Source: Paraspadella gotoi
Lineage: Eukaryota > Animalia > Chaetognatha
Reading direction: 5' to 3'
Length of the DNA: 5,490 nt
NCBI GenBank assembly: GCA_051294375.1
Contig: JBJCIZ010000744.1
Coordinates: 427,835 to 433,324 of the forward strand
A program made the translations under genes and the position numbers. The number at the start of each line of letters is the position of its first letter. The first letter of the stretch is position 1. The notes beneath the pieces were generated by a model that was not told the origin of the DNA, did no database searches, and saw nothing but the letters and a program-made list of their open reading frames with translations. This document shows positions 1 to 5,490 of this stretch, piece by piece.

Positions 1-24
1 TCTCTCTCTCTCTCTCTCTCTCTC
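1..24. repeat. (TC)12 microsatellite, possibly truncated by the window edge
   Basis: Perfect dinucleotide run read directly. Confidence 0.97.
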
Positions 25-186
25 ACCTTTCTCCCACGGTTCGTCGCGATCCCTTAGCCTCGTTCTCAACCTCTCCAACTTACCTAAACTTACTCACCCG
101 TCAAAGCGGCGCCTCTTTCTTTTTATTCTTCTTTTCTTTCTTTTTTCTTTTCCGACAGAAGTTCGTCGTCCTCTTAGAAGCCCTTT

Positions 187-710
187 CGTTGTTGTCGTCG
201 TCGTCGTCGTCGTCATTCGCATCGTCGTTGGCGACGTTTTCGTCACCAACTGTTGTCTATGATCTCTGTTGTTTCTCGCTGTTGTCGTCATCTTTGTCAT
301 TCTTTTCCTCCTTATCTAAGCCCTCGTCTCACTCCCTCACCTTTGTCCCCGTCATCTGGTTCCTCGTCGTTGTCATCGTCGCCGCCCTGCGTCGTCGTCG
401 TCGTCGTCGTCGTTCTTCGCCCCATTTGACTTCACATGACCTCTGTTTACGTGAAATCGCGGTCACCGTCCGAGATTGGAAAAAGTCGACCACAACAAAC
501 CCTTCGCGAGGAGGAGGAGGAGGAGGAGGAGGAGGAAGGGCGAGGCTATTACCATTTTCACAGTGTTGTTGTTATTGCCCCCCGCGTTCGTTGTAGCCGT
601 CGTCGTCGTCGTCGTCGCGGCGGCGTCATTATCCAACTCGTTATCGTCGTCATCATCATCGTCGCGTCGTCTCGTCTCTCTTCGTCGTAATGTTCGACGT
701 CAATTTCGTC
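187..710. repeat. Degenerate (GTC/CGT)n low-complexity region
   Basis: Perfect cores (GTC)7 at 194-214, (CGT)8 at 390-413 and (CGT)6 at 598-615, set among GTT/GTC/ATC variants. Outer limits are approximate. Confidence 0.9.
508..536. repeat. (GAG)9 microsatellite
   Basis: Nine perfect GAG units at 508-534 plus GA. Confidence 0.95.
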
Positions 711-733
711 GGTGGCGAGGAAATCGTTTCAAT

Positions 734-736
<3 letters not shown>

Positions 737-820
<84 letters not shown>
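737..820. repeat. (ATA)28 microsatellite
   Basis: Perfect 84-nt run; it accounts for the poly-Ile tail of ORF 476..823. Confidence 0.98.
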
Positions 821-1038
821 TAATGAATATAATCAATGTTTGATTGAAAAAGGGAGAAGAATACAACTGAGATTAGGTTTGTAATATCAACAAACAAAAT
901 TCTTTAAATTAGTTTAATTACATATCATTTATAATACACGGTTAAAATTCTCGAACGACAGGATGACTTCTATACTTTAATAATTTAATTTTTCTTAACT
1001 ATGAAAATCCTCTCCTTAAAATTAAAAATGCCCAACTA

Positions 1039-1076
1039 CGGCATTCGATGCCGCGCGACTGCGGCATTTCATGCCG
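1039..1076. repeat. Tandem pair of 15-bp interrupted palindromes, CGGCAT-N3-ATGCCG
   Basis: CGGCATTCGATGCCG at 1039-1053 and CGGCATTTCATGCCG at 1062-1076. Confidence 0.85.
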
Positions 1077-1403
1077 AATATTTCGTACGAGTAACGATTA
1101 TCGATGCAGCAAAAAAAAAAAAGTAAAAAAAAGACGATCGCATCGAAAGGAAGATTATATACAGCGGGGCATGATTAATGCGAGGCGCCTTCGAATTATA
1201 CAGCGAGTCCCGATTATACGGGACGTGTCCCCCCCCCCTATTTTTTCTTTCTTCGGATTATGTACAGTCGAGCCCGTTTCCTATTTTTCGACGCTAGATA
1301 TCGCTACTCTGTCTGATTTCTCTCTTTCGTACTCTCCTCTTAGTTTGTACCTCTTTACTGCCTTACCTCCCCCTTTTTACCATAAGCGATGGTCTTTTCT
1401 AGG

Positions 1404-1521
1404 GCGGCGTGCGGCGGCGGCGGCGGCGTGCGGCGGCGGCGGCGGCGTGCGGCGGCGGCGGCGGCGGCGTGCGGCGGCGTGCGGCGGCGGCGTGCGGCGG
1501 CGGCGGCGTGCGGCGGCGGCG
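1404..1521. repeat. Interrupted (GCG)nT trinucleotide array
   Basis: Blocks of 2,6,6,7,3,4,5,4 GCG units separated by single T bases. A related CCT-interrupted patch lies at 1627-1662. Confidence 0.95.
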
Positions 1522-1719
1522 ATCGGCTCCGCCTCCGGCCAACGCGGCTCATATCTTTTTATTAGGGACTCATGTTTCCCTGATTTTACTGCGGCACTGA
1601 ATGGGAAATGGGGGGCAGCGTCGGACGCGGCCTGCGGCGGCGGCCTGCGGCGGCGGCAGCGGAGGGAATACATCCATATTTTGACGGGATTATGACCGAA
1701 TGTAGAGCAGTCGAGATGC

Positions 1720-1849
1720 GGGAGGGGAAGGGGGGGAGTTGGGGGGATGTGGGAATGGGGGAAGGGGGAAAGGGGGAAAGAAAAAGGAGGAAGGGGGAGA
1801 GGGGGAAAGGAAAAGGGGGAAGGGGGAAAGGGGGTGGGAGAATGGAGGT
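1720..1849 (+). repeat. G-rich polypurine tract (GGGGGAA-like units), potential G-quadruplex
   Basis: Many runs of 3 or more G with short A-rich loops on the + strand. The tract is seen directly; G4 formation is inferred. Confidence 0.85.
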
Positions 1850-2130
1850 GGCGCGATGTGGCGAGGGATGGCGAATGAGATGATTTCATAGTTATCCTCT
1901 GGGGGGAGGGTGGAAATAATGTTGGAACAGTTAAAAGGTGGTTTGTTTTTTTTTTAATAATTTCTCTACAAAAATATCGAATCTTTTTTTTTCATAAAAC
2001 CCCCATTGTTATTAAACTTTGCTGACTAATGCAATACGACAAATTTTCTATATTAATCAGCATAGATATACTCATATAAAAAAAACACATTTTATTTCAA
2101 GTAGTGGAAATCCCAAAAAAACTATCTAGG

Positions 2131-2168
2131 AATTACCGGATTAAACCGGAATAAACTGGATTTAACCC
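2131..2168. repeat. Short degenerate 10-bp tandem repeat (~3.8 copies)
   Basis: AATTACCGGA / TTAAACCGGA / ATAAACTGGA / TTTAACCC. Confidence 0.65.
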
Positions 2169-2557
2169 AAAAAAAAAAAAATAGAATAAGAAAACTGCTT
2201 AGTCATGATTCATATAATCATAACACGCGAGAGGAAATTTAAAAACTCTTCTGGTTATTATACGGGTTCGGCTTCGATTGAGATATGACATTATATGAAA
2301 CAAGGATTTTTCGTATTTTGAAACTTAATACTTTAACTGACATGTAATGTTGTATTTTTTTGTGTTAATAATAACGGGAAGTCGCCTCAGCGCCAGTTAC
2401 GGACTATTACTGATTCACTAGTCAATTTAAGTATAATATAATTATAATCGGTATTAATTTTTGTATAGTCGCACTTTTTAGAAAAAAAATTAATTCCTCG
2501 TCAACCGTAAAACCATTTTACGTCGGACTGAATAGCGAATTTTTACGGTAGGAAAGG

Positions 2558-2560
<3 letters not shown>

Positions 2561-2598
<38 letters not shown>
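2561..2598. repeat. (TC)19 microsatellite
   Basis: Perfect 38-nt run. Confidence 0.98.
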
Positions 2599-2600
<2 letters not shown>

Positions 2601-2688
2601 GAAAGAAAGGGGTTTTACTGTATGACAGGCTTCTCATTCTTTTCTCTAACGAAAAAAAGTTTATACGGTAGCGATGGTGCTCTTTTTT

Positions 2689-2952
2689 GGCACTGTTTTC
2701 CGAAAGCGCCCATTTACATCTTAAATTAAAAATTAGTTTTAATGTTTTAAAGATTATTCTATTAGTTAATGGATTAAGATAGTTATTACGGATTGAGGTT
2801 GAGAGTTAGTGGAAAAGGTTAGGGGTTAGTAGAAAAGGTTAAGAGTTAGGGTTAATGATTTGGGTTAGAAAGGTTTGGAAAAAGATTTGGGTCAAAATAA
2901 CCGGGTTCTGGAATAAAGGGACAGAAATGAGGAGTTTTCGGAAAATAGTGCC
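2689..2952. mobile_element. Putative non-autonomous DNA transposon (MITE-like; Mutator- or hAT-type unresolved)
   Basis: Left end GGCACTGTTTTCCGAAAGCGCC-CATTT (2689-2715) versus reverse complement of right end GGCACTATTTTCCGAAAACTCCTCATTT (2925-2952): 16/17 terminal matches and 24/28 with one gap. Flanks TCTTTTTT (2681-2688) and TATTTTTT (2953-2960) match 7/8. Interior is AT-rich with no credible coding sequence. Confidence 0.65.
2797..2856 (+). repeat. 20-bp-period telomere-like tandem repeat inside the putative MITE
   Basis: GGTTGAGAGTTAGTGGAAAA / GGTTAGGGGTTAGTAGAAAA / GGTTAAGAGTTAGGGTTAAT; units 1 and 2 are 16/20 identical; TTAGGG occurs at 2819 and 2846. Confidence 0.7.
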
Positions 2953-3072
2953 TATTTTTTTTCGTCGAAGCTAAATTTGGGTCGTCGTCGTCGTCCGTCA
3001 TCGTCGTCTTCTTTGCGTCAATGGGCCGTTGGAAAAGGCGGAACTCAACTTTGAACTTTGAAATTTGAAACG

Positions 3073-3212
3073 CTTTCCGCCTTCCCCCTTCCCCCCTTTC
3101 CCCTTCCCCCCCTTCCACCCCTTTCCGTTCCGCCCTTCCTTTCCCACCCCTTGCCCCCCCTTCCCCCCCTTTCCACCATCCCCCCCTCTCCGATCTCCCC
3201 CCCCCACACCCA
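3073..3212 (-). repeat. C-rich polypyrimidine tract (G-quadruplex potential on the - strand, i-motif potential on +)
   Basis: Repeated C3-C9 runs separated mostly by TT/TTT. Confidence 0.85.
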
Positions 3213-3282
3213 CTTTATGACCCCCACTTTGAAAGTGGCTTTCGAAGAACCCATTTTAATTCGGAAACCAAGAAATGCGGAT

Positions 3283-3287
<5 letters not shown>

Positions 3288-3380
<93 letters not shown>
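3288..3380. repeat. Long interrupted (AG)n microsatellite
   Basis: 93-nt run with two phase breaks (GG at 3323-3324, AA at 3355-3356). Confidence 0.98.
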
Positions 3381-3417
3381 CAGAAGGTTTTGTTTAGAGG
3401 TTGTCGACTGAGGCTGA

Positions 3418-3496
3418 CTATATAGTATATATAGTAGTATATACTATATATACTAAAGTATAGTAATAGCATAATACGTATAATATAATACTATAG
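3418..3496. repeat. Degenerate TA-rich tract containing a 14-bp perfect inverted repeat
   Basis: TAGTATATATAGTA (3423-3436) and TACTATATATACTA (3442-3455) with a 5-nt spacer. Confidence 0.8.
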
Positions 3497-3664
3497 CCGT
3501 CGAGTGTATATTACACGTAATATGAATACGACGAATGAACGTTCCATACTTATTTGACAAAAATGAATTTGAATAAAAACTCTCGGTAAAATTATTAGTA
3601 GAGCAAAATTGTTTACTTCCTCTCTTGTACAAAATATCATTTTTATAAAATGAATCGATTATGA

Positions 3665-3710
3665 ATATATAATATATTATGTATAATATATATTATTATA
3701 TGTATAATAT
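3665..3710. repeat. Degenerate TA-rich low-complexity tract
   Basis: Almost only A and T; TATGTATAATAT occurs twice. Confidence 0.75.
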
Positions 3711-3956
3711 TTCCAAATTAGCAGTTTTGCTGATTGAATCTTTATAAAAAAAAATATTTTGACTTTAATTATATACTTAACATACTTTGTATAGGATTGA
3801 TCGAATTCTTTTTATTCGAACTACCAATTTATTTTTGATGAGATAATTTATTAACTCGTCTTCCTGACGCTCTAAGTCGCATCCCTGTATTTTCACCTTC
3901 CCTTTTTTCTTTGCTACTGGTTTTGAACCTTTGCATCAGCTCCATGTATCGGTTCG

Positions 3957-4229
3957 GAGAGAGAAGAAAGAAAAGACGACGACGAAGACGAAAAAGACGA
4001 TGACGACGCAAAAAGAAAAAACATCGAAAACTAGAACGAAAAAGGAAAACAAACTAAAACAATAAAAAAACAAAAAAACTTAAATGTCAACGACCGCAAA
4101 CCAAAACGAGGTCGAGACAAGATGACGAGCGACGACGCACAAAACACATGACGGAACACTGACGACGACGGAGCGACGACGAAACGACGACGACGACGAC
4201 GAACGACGACGAACGTCGATCGAAAAAAA
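3957..4229. repeat. A-rich and degenerate (GAC)n low-complexity region
   Basis: GACGAC runs near 3975-4008 and 4121-4213 separated by A-run-rich sequence; strongly T-poor on +. Confidence 0.85.
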
Positions 4230-4340
4230 CCACCTATGCAGTTTTCATGAATCCTCTCCTTGCATCTGATTAACCTCCATGAATTACTAATGGGTTAAGG
4301 GATGAGACAACATTTATTAGATTCAGGATATGCTCGGATC

Positions 4341-4408
4341 AGGAGGAGGAGGAGAGCGAGGAGAGAGGAAGAGGAGGAAGGAAAGGGTAGGAAAAAATGG
4401 GGGGGTGG
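4341..4408. repeat. (AGG)-like polypurine tract
   Basis: (AGG)4 start followed by degenerate GA-rich sequence and a G7 run. Confidence 0.8.
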
Positions 4409-4485
4409 TTTGATTTATGGTGCTTCGGGAGACAGAGTTAAATTGAACGTCGGGGAGTCAAAAAAAAATCCCTCTTCGATCGTGC

Positions 4486-4597
4486 CTCTCTGTCTCTCTC
4501 TCTCTCTCTCTCCTCTCTCTCAGTCTCTCTATCTCTCTATCTCGTCCTCTCTCCCTCTCCTTCATCTCACGTCTCGTATCTCTCTCTCTTACCCTCC
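4486..4597. repeat. Degenerate (CT)n tract
   Basis: CT dinucleotide run decaying through CTAT/CGTC interruptions. Confidence 0.9.
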
Positions 4598-4636
4598 CGT
4601 TAGCTCGGGGGAAAAACTTAATGAAGATGGATATTT

Positions 4637-4791
4637 GAAGAAGGAAAAAGAAAAAAGAAAGGAAAAATTTTCTTTCCTTCTTTTCTTTTTCTTTTTTTTT
4701 TTTCCTTCTCACTTTTTCTGCTCTTTCCTTTTTCCTCCGTCGATATTTCATCCGTGAAATTTTTTTTTTCTTTTCTCACATTCCTTCCTTC
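4637..4791. repeat. A-rich purine tract switching abruptly to a T-rich pyrimidine tract
   Basis: Purines only at 4637-4667, then almost all pyrimidines from 4668. Confidence 0.8.
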
Positions 4792-4856
4792 GCCCCCAAA
4801 GACTCACGGATTCACAGACAGAGAGGCTCACGGAGTGAGAGACTCACAAGGCTCAC

Positions 4857-5106
4857 CGGCCGTCGTCAGGATTATATCCATAAAGGTTCCGTCGGCCAAT
4901 GACTTAATGGTCACCGCCGTCGGCGTTGGGCGTCCTCGTCGGTGGAGGCAGCCACAGCCGCAGCATCGGAGGGGCAGCAGCTGCGGCGGCGGCGGCGGCG
5001 GTGGCGTCCCTCGCCGACGAAGTGTTGGGAAGGATAAAATGGGCGAAATGAGCGAAGGATGTTCCGACGATTTATGTCTACATCCGAAGTCATTCATCAC
5101 ACGAAA
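4857..5106 (-). other. Possible exon (GC-rich, largely non-repetitive) of an unidentified minus-strand gene
   Basis: One minus frame is open from the gap to a donor-like site CCG|GTGAGC at 4857|4856 (...VTIKSLADGTFMDIILTTA). I recognise no domain, and the upstream end is lost in the gap. Confidence 0.2.
4983..5006. repeat. Short (GCG)6 repeat with a degenerate tail
   Basis: (GCG)6 at 4983-5000 followed by GTGGCG. Confidence 0.9.
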
Positions 5107-5321
5107 NNNNNNNNNNNNNNNNNNNNNNNNNNNNNNNNNNNNNNNNNNNNNNNNNNNNNNNNNNNNNNNNNNNNNNNNNNNNNNNNNNNNNNNNNNNNNN
5201 NNNNNNNNNNNNNNNNNNNNNNNNNNNNNNNNNNNNNNNNNNNNNNNNNNNNNNNNNNNNNNNNNNNNNNNNNNNNNNNNNNNNNNNNNNNNNNNNNNNN
5301 NNNNNNNNNNNNNNNNNNNNN
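5107..5321. other. Assembly gap (215 N)
   Basis: Run of N, followed directly by a (CT)6 remnant, consistent with assembly failure at a microsatellite. Confidence 0.99.
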
Positions 5322-5334
5322 CTCTCTCTCTCTC
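5322..5334. repeat. (CT)6 remnant at the gap edge
   Basis: Read directly; probably continues into the gap. Confidence 0.9.
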
Positions 5335-5490
5335 CGGCCCATGCTCAATGATGCACGCCTTAACTCGGCGTTGGCTTAGAATTGAATCGGTGACCAAAAT
5401 TTTGAGATCTCAGTGAAATAATTTATTGTAAGTTTGGAAGCTAAAGACACTACTAAAATATCTAATGATGCATGTTAGCATTATTTTTTT

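Noticed and set aside
94-823. ORFs 94..300, 189..596, 436..690 and 476..823
   Set aside because: Homopolymeric Ser/Thr/Arg/Glu/Gly/Ile runs come from microsatellites; several frames are open at once and no domain is recognisable.
1039-1270. CRISPR-like reading of the palindromic repeats
   Set aside because: Only two 15-bp copies with an 8-nt spacer, no regular array and no cas genes.
1048-1889. ORFs of 63-215 aa across the GCG array and G-tract
   Set aside because: Open because the repeats lack stop codons; they overlap on both strands, and the 3n+1 unit is unlike coding sequence.
1385-2678. AGCGATGGT just before both the GCG array (1385) and the putative MITE (2670)
   Set aside because: Shared 9-mers are expected many times by chance in 5.5 kb.
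2852-3472. Gly/Lys-, Pro- and Ser-Leu-rich ORFs
   Set aside because: Direct translations of the C-tract and (AG)n.
3829-4011. 60-aa minus ORF, and an ankyrin-like fragment HGADAKVQN in another minus frame
   Set aside because: The fragment is followed almost at once by a stop and has no clear splice sites; too short to be meaningful.
187-4229. Window-scale foldback element (GTC vs GAC regions, G vs C tracts, TC vs AG runs)
   Set aside because: Complementarity is only compositional, the pairs are not properly nested, (ATA)28 has no partner and the unique sequence does not align.
1001-4261. AATCCTCTCCTT shared between ~1006 and ~4250
   Set aside because: Isolated short match with no extension; compatible with chance.
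4745-4772. ATTTCA-TCCG-TGAAAT hairpin followed by a T-run, resembling an intrinsic terminator
   Set aside because: Weak AT-rich stem in a eukaryote-like context full of T-runs.
4302-5416. ORFs 4302..4757, 4458..4751 and those spanning the N gap
   Set aside because: Low-complexity translations, or lengths inflated by reading through Ns.
5346-5473. AATGATGCA repeated twice, a possible C/D snoRNA box
   Set aside because: Does not match RTGATGA and no CTGA D box is present.

Overview
Microsatellite-dense, apparently eukaryotic and largely non-coding DNA from a draft assembly (215-N gap at 5107-5321). No ORF in the track is a recognisable protein; nearly all are translations of simple repeats. 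The best-supported structure is a 264-bp MITE-like element (2689-2952) with imperfect ~27-bp terminal inverted repeats, a possible 8-bp target-site duplication and an internal 20-bp-period telomere-like repeat. Other points are a T-punctuated (GCG)n array, two G-quadruplex-prone tracts on opposite strands, several short palindromes, and two clusters of minus-strand splice-donor-like motifs that may indicate a minus-strand gene. I found no convincing evidence of a new biological system, and I cannot identify the organism.
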